Assembly (NCBI GenBank): GCA_964016885.1
Contig: OZ024743.1
Location: 3,968,001-4,032,000 of the forward strand
From: Eledone cirrhosa
Taxonomy: Eukaryota
DNA: 64,000 nucleotides
Direction of reading: 5' to 3'
In this document: positions 29,666 to 43,175 of the stretch, piece by piece
Position numbering within the stretch: position 1 is the stretch's first letter
Layout: the number at the start of each line of letters is the position of its first letter
Translations under genes and position numbers: made by a program
Notes under the pieces: model-generated
Database searches by the model: none
What the model saw: the letters and a program-made list of their open reading frames with translations, nothing else
Told to the model about the DNA's origin: nothing

Positions 29666-30934
29666 CATACGTAAATAGTGTTTTCTGCTATAACAGCAAT
29701 CCTGAAATGTTTCTCCTTACATTTATCAAAATCGGAGGAATTGTGAAAAAAAGATGGTCTCACATAGAGAAAACATTTCGAGGGCGTGTAGTTCCTGTTT
29801 AACATAGGGGTTTTCGCTCTAAATCACTGCATGGACTTCTAGAGGGTCATTCTGTGGTCCCCTCCTCTTTACTACTAAATTGGCTTTTTTTTTATTAGTA
29901 CTATTTCTAGTTTTTTTTTATCTCTCCTACGAAGGGAGCAACCTGCTTGGAAGGAAGCTTCCGTCTGTTTGTTTCGAAGCCGTATCGCTGTTCACTCTTT
30001 GGTTGTTTAAGTCCATGTTTAGTGTTTAAGTTTACAATATTTGGGGCTTTAACACAAATATTATAGGGTCGCATTTCTTGAGGGTAAAGTAATATTGACC
30101 TAATATAAAATAAATCTATCGAAATACGATCTAGATGATCCTATGCGATTGCTCCGTGTCCTCACTGGCGCATTCGGGTTCCCAGTCGGTACCAGTCAGT
30201 AGCAGACGGTTTTCCGTGCCGCTTCTATCATTAGTATAGATGGCACCATTATTACTGCCTTCCGACCTCAAATTTTATAATATTTTTGGCTTGAGGCAAT
30301 TCACAATTTTTCTCTTCCAGAGTTATAGAAAACTATGCTTTTATTTGCACTAGCAAAAAATGTTGTTGTGTTATTGTTGGTGTTGTTAATTTCTTTCACT
30401 GATTTTGTTGTTACTTTTATAATTGCTATCGTTGTTATTTATGCTGGTTTTGTTTATAGTCTTAGCCTTATTTCTGTTAATACTTTTTGTTGTTGTTGCT
30501 CTGGTGGTGGTGGTTGAGGTGGTGTTAGCGGTGTTGGTGTAGAATTCTTTTTATGGGGGTATCATATTTTTCTAGAGCAAAGAAATCAATTTTATAATAT
30601 TCACCTGCTTCCCGTGCCTCTGAGTAGCTGTTGTTGTTGTGCTCAGGGATTGCTTGCACTTTTGATGAACGTTGGATACTCCATTCAGTGTAACATACAC
30701 TGTTCTCGTCTCCCGATGAATCTTTTTCGTCCGCCATATATATTTTATGAAATTAAGGAGCGTGTTTGTGAAATAAGCCAGAAACTGGGAACACCAATTG
30801 GCTCACCAGAAAGGAGATAGGTTTCCCCACAAAACAATATATAATGGAAACGTTTTAGAAACTGGTAAACAAACAATAAACTTTCAGAGCAGAATATGCG
30901 AGACCTCTACTTCAGAAACAAAGTATAATAATAC

Positions 30935-31325
30935 TTTATACTATAGGCACAAGGCCAGCAATTTATAGGATCAGAATGTCGATTAAATTGACCTCAGTGC
31001 ATTACTGGTGCTTTACTTCATAGAGCCCGTAAGGATGAAAGGCAAAGCTAACCTCAGTTGGATTTGAACTCAGAATATAAAGGGCCGTAACTATAACCTG
31101 TAAAGCATGTTGTCCGACCCTTGTGCTTAAATCAGAAATCATTAGCGGTATCGGGAGAGTGTCGGACGCCATGCTTTGCAGCATAGAGTTACGGCCCTTT
31201 TACGGTCTGAGTTCAAGTCCTGCCGAGGTTAACTTTGCCTTTCATCATTACAGGGTCGATGAAATAAAGTACCAGTAATGTACTGGGATAATTGCTGGCC
31301 TTGTGCCAAAAGTAGAAATAATAAT
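30935..31325. mobile_element. Head-to-head inverted pair of tRNA-derived SINEs (30935..31122 minus; 31145..31325 plus)
   Basis: Both carry the ctttgcctttcatc central domain and ggccttgtgcc tail, in opposite orientations. Confidence 0.8.
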
Positions 31326-32109
31326 AATAATTATTATTATTATTAATGCATAGGCATTATTCAACACGTCTTCCTCGACAACAGTATTGCATGATTTCAG
31401 TAGAAATTGCTTGCTAATCCTAATATGTCGAGCAGCTGTGTAGAGGCTCTATAATTAGTAAACGGGTTGCTCGTTGTCTTTTATGTTTTAAACTACTGTT
31501 AAACTTAAAAATTAGACTTTCTAAATTGGTTCCTTTTGAAATTTTATATTTATATTTTCTTTGAATTAACATCAACATTTTGAAATTAATTCTATAGTCT
31601 ATATGCAGTTTAAATTATCAACAAGGAATTACTTTCAGACATATTATTATTGCCAGCCATAATACGGCATTAGATAAGGCATGCAGAGTACAAAATCTCA
31701 TTCATCTTTCAATTGATATCCAGGAATATAAGTCTTCGATAGAAATTGAATATTTGTAAAGCTAGAATTATAGACATTGCTCTGTTGAACATAATTTGTC
31801 TTGCTGTTGAGAAGAAAAAGCAACCAATACAATGCTTGTTATTATTATTTTAATTTTCTGAAGGAAAAATACTGAGAAACAACGTTTACATTCAACAAGA
31901 TAAAACAAATGAACTTCAAAACACATCTGCGTATAATAAAATTAATAGATATTTTAAAAATAAATTTTATAATTTAAATAAGAAACAAATAGTAAAAATA
32001 TAAGAAAATAGTATCATAAAGAAAATGTTATAAAAAATATGACGTCAAAGAAAATAATTCGTTATTTCTATGACAGGGTAAAACGTTTTTTTTTTTTCAT
32101 GGGGCAATT

Positions 32110-32500
32110 AATAATTGTTTCTAACATTGGCACTAGGCCATCAGCTTGAGGGAAGAGCAAAGTCGATTATAATGACCCAGTAATTAAATGCTACTTTATT
32201 TGATCGACCCCGGCGGGATCCCAAATAAGAACGTACAGCATGCTGTAATTCATTTCATCTGACGCGCTGAAGTTTCTGTCAATCCATCGCATCTTTATAA
32301 TAATTAATAATTGTTTCTACTTTTGGCACAAGGCCAGCAATTATCCCAGTGCATTACTGGTACTTTATTTTATCGACTCCGTAAGGATGAAAGGCAAAGT
32401 TAACCTCGGCGGGATTTGAACTCAGGCCATAAAGTGCCGTAACTCTTTGCTGCAAAGCATGGCGTCCGACCCTCTACCGATACTGCCAATCCACCGCCCT
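32110..32500 (-). mobile_element. Two tandem tRNA-derived SINEs (decayed 32110..32290; well preserved 32308..32500)
   Basis: 32308..32500 is near-identical to 22620..22810. Confidence 0.85.
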
Positions 32501-32874
32501 TATATATTTATATAATAGAAATTCTTACAATGGCTTATATATATATATATATCGTTTCATATATATGTATATATGAGCGTGTACGTATGTAACTACGTAT
32601 GTATCTATGTATCTACGTATGTATTTATGTATTGAATGTATGTATCCAATATATATATATCATATATCATATACATATATGTGTGTGTGTGTATATTTGT
32701 GTGTGTGTCTGTGTATGTGTGTGTATGTGTGTGTATGTGTGCATGTATGTGTGTGTGTATATGTGTGTGTATGTGTGTGTGCATGTGTGTGTGCATGTGT
32801 GTGCGTGTACCTAAGTATATTATTATACATAATACTATTCTATACACATACTATATTCTAATTTGGTCTGATAA

Positions 32875-34598
32875 CACCGTGTAACAAAAAAATTTTGTTT
32901 CTCTGTTTCTGGCTTGTAATCACTTTTTTGTGTTACTTAGGTACCAAATAAACAAAAAAGTGCTATTAAACAGTTAAAAGTTTGGGTTTGTAAAAATTCT
33001 AAGCTATTCACTAGAATTTTTTGTATGCTGGAGATTTTACGTTGTATGTAAGTTTAATTTGCTTATGTTAAATGATTTTTTTATATATGTTTCAGGTTAA
33101 ATTAAAATTATAAAATAAAGAGTAATACCTAAAGACAATTATAAAAGTGCTATAAAGTATAAAATTGTTAAAAAGTGGATTAAAGAGATTTATTGATACT
33201 GGATTTTCGCACCCTGAATAAAGGGTAAGTTGTGTTTTAAGCATTCGTCTCCAGGATGAAGCAGTGGAACTTGGTCAAGGAGGAAGTGCAGGTGACAAGT
33301 CAGAGAAGTCGACACAAACCTTTCTCACGCTTTTACACTCTTAGGGATGGCCTCTGCTTCTGTCATGACGTGCCTGGACTGTTTGACGTTATTGGGGTGC
33401 CGTTTGTGCCCAAGGAGTGGTGGCTATTTATAGACAGCTCCACCACAAGTTTGAAGGCTGTCCTCCTCCACAATGGAAACAAGTTCCCGACACTGCGCCT
33501 AGCTCATTCAGTCTGCCTGAAGGAAGATTACTACAGTGTGAAAGTCCTCTTGGAAGCTCTGCAATACAACCAGTACAATTGGGAAATCATTGGAGACTTC
33601 AAGATGGTGGCTTTCCTGATTGGACTCCAAGGAGGCTTTATCAAATTCCAATGCTTTCTCTGCCTTTGGGACAGCAGAGCCACCTCTGACCACTACAAAA
33701 GAAAGAACTGGGAGCAGCGAACAGAATTTGTAGTTGGGACCCAGAACGTCATGTGGGAGCCACTGGTTGATTCCAGGATTGTGCTCATGCCGCCACTGCA
33801 CATTAAGTTGGGGTTGATGAAGCAGTTTGTGAAGGCTCTCAACCAAGATTCAACCGCTTTTAAGAACCTTCTTGAGTTCTTCCCCAAGTTATGTGAGGCC
33901 AAAATCAAAGGTGGAATTTTTGTTGTACCTCAGATAAAGAAGGTGTTTAAGTCTACCGAGTTCTCCAATAAGCTCAATAGGATTGAGAGAACAGCATGGA
34001 ACTGTTTCAAGGCAGTTGTTAAGGGCTTCCTGGGCAACTACAGAGCTGAAAACTACCAGCAACTGGTGCAGGATCTGGTAAAGGCTTTTGGCGCCATGGG
34101 ATGCAGGGTGTCGCTTAAACTCCATATGCTAGACGCTAACCTGGAAAAATTCAAGGACAATATGGACGCCTATTCAGAAGAACAAGGCGAACGATTCCAC
34201 AAAGGTGTGAAAGAGATAGAGTGGAGATACCAGGGCCACTACAATGAAAAAATGATGGGGGACTATATCTGGGGGCTAGTGCGGGAATGCGACCTGGACT
34301 ACAACCGGAAATCGAAGAAATCCAGTCATTTCTGGCGTGTATAAGTTGCTTTATAAGTGTTATTTGTTTTTACTAGTTTGCTTTTGATAAGCTTGTATAA
34401 TAAAATAAATATATACTCTGTTGATTTAATTATATGAACTGATAAATAAAAAAAAAAATGTGAAAATTTCTAAATATCAAACTTCTAACCACAAACCCAA
34501 ACTTCTGATTAAATAACAGTATTCTTTTATAATAATGGGATATGACAAACCAGGAAATGATACTTAGAACCGGGGAACAAATAATATGTTACACGGTG
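32875..34598 (+). mobile_element. Chapaev3-like (CMC superfamily) DNA transposon, probably internally deleted
   Basis: Terminal inverted repeats CACCGTGTAACA and TGTTACACGGTG, flanked by TAA and TTA; encloses a transposase ORF. Confidence 0.8.
33256..34344 (+). CDS. Chapaev3-like DDE transposase catalytic core (362 aa; N-terminal zinc-finger region absent)
   Basis: FIDSS..SLKAVLLHNGN, GDFK, CFLCLWDSR, PPLHIKLGLMKQFVKAL and SEEQGERFH motifs; uninterrupted frame. Confidence 0.8.
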   Translation: MKQWNLVKEEVQVTSQRSRHKPFSRFYTLRDGLCFCHDVPGLFDVIGVPFVPKEWWLFIDSSTTSLKAVLLHNGNKFPTLRLAHSVCLKEDYYSVKVLLEALQYNQYNWEIIGDFKMVAFLIGLQGGFIKFQCFLCLWDSRATSDHYKRKNWEQRTEFVVGTQNVMWEPLVDSRIVLMPPLHIKLGLMKQFVKALNQDSTAFKNLLEFFPKLCEAKIKGGIFVVPQIKKVFKSTEFSNKLNRIERTAWNCFKAVVKGFLGNYRAENYQQLVQDLVKAFGAMGCRVSLKLHMLDANLEKFKDNMDAYSEEQGERFHKGVKEIEWRYQGHYNEKMMGDYIWGLVRECDLDYNRKSKKSSHFWRV

Positions 34599-35089
34599 TT
34601 ATCATTACATCGGAATTTATCTGGCCTTTTTATGTTACTGAATTGGATGCGATTCAAGAATCCTCATATCGACTCGAACTGTAATAAAACTATCATCTGC
34701 AATACAGCTGACGCTTATATGTCAATGGTTTACTTGGTACCCTTTGCAATTAATGTTCCCCTAAAGGCAGCGTCATTAAGCTGGTATCAGTGCCATGCTT
34801 ACTGATTCAATGATTATTAAGGGTTATATATATTTAGATATATCGTTATCTAAGTGTGAAATGTTAATAGAAATAATGCACCCTCGATATGTAAACATAG
34901 AGGTAATTTATATCACTTAAAATACGGCAACCATGCATAGAATGATTGAATTGTCGTTTTTCAATGATTTTTTTCTCTCGCTATTGTTGGTTTTGTTTCA
35001 GTTTATGCATTCTAATTAGGAAGTTAGAAATTGTATCAATATAGGTACCTAAATACATACATAGATACGCACATACACACATACATACA

Positions 35090-35124
<35 letters not shown>

Positions 35125-35347
35125 TTATATATATATATATATATAAATGAAAGGTATAGAAAGTATTGTAGCAAGAAGCCAACAGTATTCCATAATGTAG
35201 AAGTGACTATAGCGTCAAAATGGGAAAATAGTTAACGTAAGATGTGGGAAAAATAATTCAAACTCAATTCAAAAAGATATATATATATATATATATGTAC
35301 ACACACACATATATGTGAATGTATATATATATAAGAGATAGAGAAAG

Positions 35348-35407
<60 letters not shown>

Positions 35408-35425
35408 GTATCTCTCTCTCTCCCC

Positions 35426-35499
<74 letters not shown>

Positions 35500-35544
35500 G
35501 TATATATATATATATATTTATTTGCAAATAGAAAAAGTTATAGC

Positions 35545-35616
<72 letters not shown>

Positions 35617-36229
35617 TAGACATACGTTGGTGAAAAAAGGGAGCTGAACATTAAATCACACATATACACACACACCTGTAAACCTACATATACACACACA
35701 CACCTGTAAACCTATATATCAACACGTACTAATTAAAAAATAATGAGGGTAATCACTAGGTTTTGTTAAATAATAACATAAGCTGTTTGATGTCATTACA
35801 ATGTAGAGAGAAATCGAAAACTAGGCTTTAGAATTACTGAAGAATAAGGCATACAAGGACGAGAAGTAAGATATTCTGCCGAGAAATAAAACACTGCGTA
35901 GTAAAGTAGACGAGAAGCTGAAATTAAACTGACAAAGAGACACCTAAAATCAGTGTAACTCACGAATAGATTGAATACTTAAATATAAAGAAGAGCTTGT
36001 ATTGTGAAGAGGAAGATGTATGTAGGTAAAGAGATATAGTCTGTATGAAACTGAACTGAATTGTTTTAATAAGAATAAATGCAGCTAATTAAACAGCATC
36101 ATTATAAAATAATGATTACTTAGGTATTCCTCCAAACACACACACACATATACATTTATGTATATATATATATATAAAGTTTGCTTCAAGCAAACATTAA
36201 CACTCACATATATATATATATATATTTAC

Positions 36230-36348
<119 letters not shown>

Positions 36349-36679
36349 TGCGCGCGTGTGTGTGCGTTTGTGTGTGTATGTATATAGACTAGCATATTAC
36401 ACATAAAAAGTTCCTTGATTGCAAAATTATCAGTAAATATGCTTAAGTCTTTGATTTTCCTTAAGCTTCTCCCATTTGTCGATCTCTTTATCGCCGTTTC
36501 ATCTCAATATATTACAATTATTTTCTAAATGTTCTGTCTGTTATAGGATTTGTTATTATTGTTTTCTTATCAAAAGCAGATACATTGGTAAATATGCTCA
36601 ATTAGAACAGAATAGATTGACAATAAGACAGAACGACAGAAAAACAGATAGTTACAGTGGTAGGTTTGTATATCTGTAT

Positions 36680-36873
36680 ATGTTGTCCAAGGGAAAGCCA
36701 ATAGCTGATACAGCTTGGCACCAGCGACTCATTTCTACAGCTGAGGAAACTGGAGCGCAACGTGAAATAAAATATTTTTCTCAAGAACACAAAGCACCGC
36801 TCGGTCCGTGACTCGAACTCACCATCTTTCGATTGTGAGCTCGACGCTCTAACCGTTAAGCCACGCGTTTTCA
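36680..36873 (-). mobile_element. tRNA-derived SINE of a second family (CORE-like)
   Basis: Minus strand: gtggcttaacggttagag (A box), gagttcgagtc (B box), then tgtgttcttgag...tttcacgttg...cagctgtagaaatgagt. Confidence 0.75.
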
Positions 36874-36903
36874 CACACAAACACACACACATACCCACTC
36901 ACA

Positions 36904-36951
<48 letters not shown>

Positions 36952-36954
<3 letters not shown>

Positions 36955-37147
36955 ACGAAGGAAATGTGGTAAGGAACCAGGTGGACCATAACGCACCAAA
37001 GTACTCAATACTTAGGGTAGTAGAGTGGGTAATAGGAACAAGTAAGACCCCGACGGCTGAGCTCAAGCCGTTTCGACGGCTAATTCTGGACTGAATTAGC
37101 CGTCGAAACGGCTTGAGCTCAGCCGTCGGGGTCTTACTTGTTCCTAT
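36952..37147 (-). mobile_element. Penelope-type tail ending in a perfect 55-bp hairpin containing the 3' half of a hammerhead
   Basis: Arms 37032..37086 and 37093..37147 with loop tggact; contains GAAACGGCT-tgagctc-AGCCGTC^gggg (GAAA, helix III, GUC). Confidence 0.75.
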
Positions 37148-37149
37148 AT

Positions 37150-37276
<127 letters not shown>

Positions 37277-37479
37277 TATGTATACGTACATGCATATATG
37301 TATACAGACGTACAGTAGTATGTATATATATATACATACATGCACACATATATATATATGTACGTATGGATTCACCGAACATTTATTATAATGCTCGGTG
37401 TGTTTGTAAACAAACATCCCGTATTAAGCCGTAGTGTCTAGCAACCATCGTTGCTCGTTTGTTCAACACTGACAAAGGA

Positions 37480-37522
37480 ACGCTGTACTAGTTTCAAGCT
37501 TATTAGCTATCGTCAGCAACGT
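37480..37522 (-). ncRNA. Minimal type I hammerhead ribozyme (array, inverted unit)
   Basis: Minus strand: acgttg CUGACGA t-agct-aata-agct-t GAAA ctag UA^ cagcgt. Confidence 0.78.
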
Positions 37523-38000
37523 ATACCTTTCTGCCAGATGATTGAACGTCTGAAAGTATATACTTTCCTTATGCATATTAACGGCTGAGTAGCCCTGAGT
37601 GGGTTAATCGGCCGGGTGCACTGAAAACGATAAACGAAAAAGATGAAACGAAATTTCATTTCCCACTCTTAGTACGGCTGTTACTTAAATATAAGTATGT
37701 ATACTACGTACATACATATATGTATACAGACGTACATATATATATGTGTGCATGTATGTATATATATATACATACTACTGTACGTCTGTATACATATATG
37801 TATGTACGTATACATACTTATATTTAAGTAATAGCCGTACTAAGAGTGGGAAATGAAATTTCGTTTCATTTTTTCCGTTTATCGTTTTCGGTGCACCCGG
37901 TCGATTAACCCACTCGATATTCAAATTGGGCTACTCGGCCGTTAATATGCATAAGGAAAGTATATAGTTTCGGACGTCCAATCATCTGGCAGGAAGGTAT

Positions 38001-38043
38001 ACGTTGCCGACGATAGCTAATAAGCTTGAAACTAGTACAGCGT
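38001..38043 (+). ncRNA. Hammerhead copy with U4->C core substitution
   Basis: acgttg CCGACGA tagctaataagctt GAAA ctag UA cagcgt. Confidence 0.7.
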
Positions 38044-38433
38044 TCCTTTGTCAGTGTTGAACAAACGAGCAACGGTGGTTGCTGGACACTACGGCTTAAT
38101 ACGGGATGTTTGTTTACAAACACACCGAGCATTATAATAAATGTTCGGTGAATCCATACGTACATATATATATATATATGTGTGCATGTATGTGTATATA
38201 TATACATACTACTGTACGTCTGTATACATATATGCATGTACGTATACATACTTATATTTAAGTAACAGCCGTACTAAGAGTGGGAAATGAAATTTCGTTT
38301 CATTTTTCCGTTTATCGTTTTAGGTGCACCCGGCCTATTAACCCACTCGATATGCAAATTGGGCTACTCGGTCGTTAATATGCATAAGGAAAGTATATAG
38401 TTTCGGACGTTCAATCATCTGGCAGGAAAGTAT

Positions 38434-38476
38434 ACGTTGCTGACGATAGCTAGTAAGCTTGAAACTAGTATAGCGT
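38434..38476 (+). ncRNA. Minimal type I hammerhead ribozyme (array, second plus unit)
   Basis: acgttg CUGACGA tagctagtaagctt GAAA ctag UA^ tagcgt; G-U pair at the base of helix I. Confidence 0.75.
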
Positions 38477-39007
38477 TCCTTTGTCAGTGTTGAACAAACG
38501 AGCAACGGTGGTTGCTGGACACTACGGCTTAATACGGGATGTTTGTTTACAAACACACCGAGCATTATAATAAATGTTCGGTGTATCTATACATACATAT
38601 ATATATATGTGTGCATGTATGTATATATATATATATACATACTACTGTATGTCTGTATACATATATGCATGTACGTATACATACTTATATTTAAGTAACA
38701 GCCGTACTAAGAGTGGGAAATGAAATTTCGTTTCATTCTTTCCGTTTATATATATATATATATATATTTAGTTTTAAATATTCACTCATATAATAGCACA
38801 CCGCCATTTATGCATATATATCTATAAATTCATTTTTACATAAGAGAATATGTGCCTGTTTTTTTTGTTTTTTTGTCTGTTTTGTGGTATGCCAGCCGAA
38901 ACCGCGCCACGTTGCGTCCCTTTAACTTACGTTCGATAAGTAGACCCGATTGAAATGTAAACTGAAATAATCGACAATAACCTTTGAAACTGCTGTCATG
39001 TCATTAT

Positions 39008-39388
39008 TGGTGAATTGGCAGTATCGGTAGAGGGTCGGACGCCATGCTTTGACGCATAGAGTTACAGCCCTTGCCATTCTGACTTCAAATCCCGCCGAGG
39101 TTAACTTTGCCTTTCATCCTTACGGGGTCGATAAAATAAAGTACCAGTAATACACTGGGATAATTGCTGGCCTTGTGCCAAAAGTAAAACAAGTATTATG
39201 GTGGATCGGCAGTATCGGTAGAGGGTCGGACGCTATGTTTTGATGCATAGAGTTACGCCCCTTGCCATTCTGAGTTCAAATCCCGCCGAGGTTAACTTTG
39301 GCTTTCATCCTTACGGGGTCGATAAAATAAAGTACCAGTAATACACTGGTTAATTGCTGGCCTTGTGCCAAAAGTAGAAACAATTATT
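39008..39388 (+). mobile_element. Head-to-tail dimer of tRNA-derived SINEs (39008..39195 and 39198..39388)
   Basis: Two near-identical copies of ggcagtatcggtagagggtcggacg...ggccttgtgccaaaagta. Confidence 0.9.
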
Positions 39389-40301
39389 ACAGTCCAATGC
39401 AATAAAAGAATAAGGAAAATATATATTTTGTTTCTTTTTTCTGTACACTTAAAATGTCGCTCATACACACATACACACAAACAGACACACTCACATACAG
39501 CACTCTCAAACGCACATAAGAAAAGATATACGCACACTAGCGATAAAGTTTATATATACATGGTTAGGGGATTAAAGCTTAATATACGTTTGCATGGATA
39601 CACAGAGAGAGAAAGTGTGTGGGTTTGAGGGAAAGAGAGAAGAAAAGAGAGTGTGAGAGTGTGTATACTCCTTCTGATATTGCTAGAACAGATGACTGTA
39701 CTTCGTATTACACGGCGTCTGCTAGAAGACTAAGGAACATTATATGTATGATAATGAGGTATTATTCGGTATCTATAGTAACTAGAAAATTACTAGACTT
39801 TTTATTTCTTTCTGCATTGTCACCGTTTTTTTTTTAATATGTTCGCATTTGTACACAGACGTCATGACAAAGAGAACAATCACTTCATGCTGCTGTGTTG
39901 ATTTCTTTCCTTTATTAATTACTATGATCACGATTATGTTTAATTTCCCTCGGAATATTAGTCACGTTAAGTTAAAATGTATAATTATATATTTTTTTCC
40001 TCTTGATTTTCCAAGTTCATTTTATAAATTTGTTTAAATATTGTTAATCTACGCGTTTGTTGGCTTGTGATTGCTTCAGACAATTTAGAACACAGCTTCT
40101 CAAACAGCAACAAACTAAATATAACTAATAATGTTATTTATTCCCTTTTAGGATTGCTAAGGAAAAATACATTAAGAAAAGAACATCATATTAAATACCG
40201 ATATATAATTTTCTTTCAACCGTCATATAAATAGTTATATATCCAACTATCTATCTTTCTCTCTCCCCACTCTCTTTATATATACATATATATATGTATA
40301 T

Positions 40302-40431
<130 letters not shown>

Positions 40432-40691
40432 TGTCTCCTCGTTATCGAGTATTGCCATTGCACGATATAACATTATTAATAATTATCAATTAAGCTATCG
40501 TGCAATGTCAGTGCGTGAAGATTTTTTTTAAAGTGAGGAAGAACTTTGCACTGAGCCAATCCCAGCAAACAAACACTCTCACGCACATACATATATACAT
40601 ACATACATACACACTCACATATATACATACATACATACATACATACATACATACATACATACATACATACATACATACATACATACATACA

Positions 40692-40724
<33 letters not shown>

Positions 40725-41439
40725 GGACTAAATGATAGTTCTAATGGGTAATATTGCCTTAAACAGTATATCTAAAGAAAAAGAAGAGATTGTTACGAGT
40801 GGAAGAGATATATGTCAACTCAAGCAGGGATGGTTAAGGCTCTAAAGCAAAGGTTCTCAACCCATTTTCCCTTCGAAATCACGAAACCCCCCACTACCAT
40901 TTTTTTTCCATTTTTCAATATACTACTGATTTTGATATCAGTAGATTACTAAAAAAAAATGATTAACGATATTCCCAAGATACCATTGCAGGCAGCTGAG
41001 AGTATAAATACATTCCTTGAAAGGAAATATATAAATTTAAAAAAAAAGGAACATAAATGTTCTCTTTTATGAATTAGGACCAGTTGAAGTTGTTATATTC
41101 CCACCAGACGATACCAGCTATTTTGAACTGAACATTTATACAAGAGCAATTCTGTATATCCAAAGAATGCTCTTATTTGGAAGAAAGTGGAAATTGTATT
41201 ATTACAAAGCTTTCCAATTTTCCCTTTAATGAAACGGACAGAATAAATGCTGATATCTAACTTGATGTCCCCTCCGCTTTGTGACCACGCAAGAGGGTTT
41301 TCATGACCTCGTAAGAGGGTATATTCACTAGTAAACGGTAAAATATATACAACAAATGAGTAAGTGAATTGTGGTAGATGGTTTCCAGTCCAGTCAGACT
41401 GCAACTACAAATAAAAAATCGACTTACTTTAACCTCGTA

Positions 41440-43175
41440 TCAATGGGACCCTTGAGCTTCATGGAGTTTAGCTAACTCTTTGACGTGAGCTGTAGTCGGA
41501 GATCTCCACGTGCAATCACATTCTAGCGGTTGCGAGCCTTACTATGCAGTCTGGAAACAACACCAAACCCTCTCTCGATTAAGTATGAGCTGGAAAAGGC
41601 AAAGCAAATCTCTTAGCCTCTGCATGTAGGAGTGGAAATCGACGCTGAATTTCCTCTTGCATCCAAAAAAGGGGTTCACCTATTTTGGAAAATTTCATTT
41701 TGATAATGTCATCTGTCTGAAGTTCAATTAATTCTTCCTGAAAGTTAACGTCGAAATCGTCGACGTTGGTTATGAAGGGATCTGCTATCCACATTGGGAT
41801 GTCTATCTGCAAAAGGTCGACACACCGTTCTCTCGTGTTGTCTTGTAGTGCACAGAGGTGCGTGGTGTAAATTTGCAGTTGGTCATCGCTCACAATGTTT
41901 TGAACATTGGCGACACTATGAAAATTATAGAATTCCCGTCGACAAAGATTCCTTTCGATGACTTTCAATTTGGCCAGGAATATTTTCACAGCATTCCTTG
42001 CTTTAAACAAGGTGATCTTCTCACCCTGCAAAGCCATAATGAGACTATTGCATTTGTCAAAGATGTAGGCGGGGTAGGCACAGTCTTGCCTCACATCGAG
42101 GTTTTTTTTTTATATAGTTCTGTGTTGCGTCCTCGAAGAAACTCAATGATAGAGTCGAACAGTTTAAAGAAGCGAGCAAGGCACTTGCCCTTTGAAAGCC
42201 ACCTCACTTCAGTATGAAGGAGCAACTCGACGAATTTTTCGTCATTATCTTCGCACAGTTGCCGGAAAATTCGTTCATTGAAGGCATGGCGTTTGATATA
42301 ATTGATGACATCAATGGCTACCTGCAAAGACTTGCTCAGCGGCTCGCTGAGTTTCTTCGCAGCCAAGGGTTGTCGATGAATGACACAATGAACAGCAAAT
42401 ACAGATGGATTTTCCCTCGTCAGAAGAGAGACGAAACCCTTATGTTGGCCGACCATTGCTCTTGCGCCGTCCGTAGCACATGATACAATATTGTTAAGAG
42501 GTATCTCTTTTACTTCGAGGTATCCCTTGACAGATTCAAAGATCGTGGCACCTTTAGTATCTGTGGCTAGATTCAGAGTGAAGAGAAGCTCCTCGTGCAT
42601 TTCGTTTTGGTGGAAAAATCGCACGTATCCCAGTAGTAAGGACTGACTCCCGGAAAGTGTGCTTTCATCAAGTTGCATAATTGTTGTTCAACATTTTCCG
42701 CCATTTCGTTGCTGCGTCTCCTTATTGAGTCGTTACTCAACGGAATACATTTCAAGGTCTTTAACGGGTTCTGACGTAGTACTGTTGAAAGAACTTCTGA
42801 GATGACAGGGGCTACCAATGTTTCACCCAAGGAATGGGGCTTACCACACTTTGCGATTATGTTGGCAATATTGTAAGATGCGACAAGTCCATCAACATTT
42901 GAAGCTTCAACTTTTGAAAAGGCAGAAGAAATTAGTGTTGTTTTCTGGAATTGGTCCCTAAGAGACTGAAAGTATGCTAAATCTTTATATCTCTTATCGG
43001 GGTGCCTCACCTCCAGGTGTCTACTCAAACGCGATGGCTTCATCGTCTCATTCGAAAAGGACTCCTTGCAAATTAAACACATGGGTGACAGGTGGTTCGA
43101 CGGCGATGGGATGAATCCGAACCGTAAGTAATCAATGCTGTACTGCCTGCATTTTTTCTTCATTGCTGAGGCCAT
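41440..43175 (-). pseudogene. Buster-family hAT transposase (ZBED5/ZBED8/SCAND3-like), three frameshifts
   Basis: BED finger PMCLICKE..MKPSRLSRHLEVRH, QLDEST, CATDGA, HCVIHR, HTEVRWLSKG and C-terminal GDLRL...AQGSH*. Confidence 0.92.

Noticed and set aside
29452-29802. 116-aa poly-Pro/Asn ORF
   Set aside because: Trinucleotide low-complexity tract with no domain and no splice support
38385-38425. Possible second, antisense hammerhead in the array unit (cagatga..gtccgaaactatata)
   Set aside because: Core reads CAGAUGA, helix II pairs poorly and the helix I flanks are direct rather than complementary
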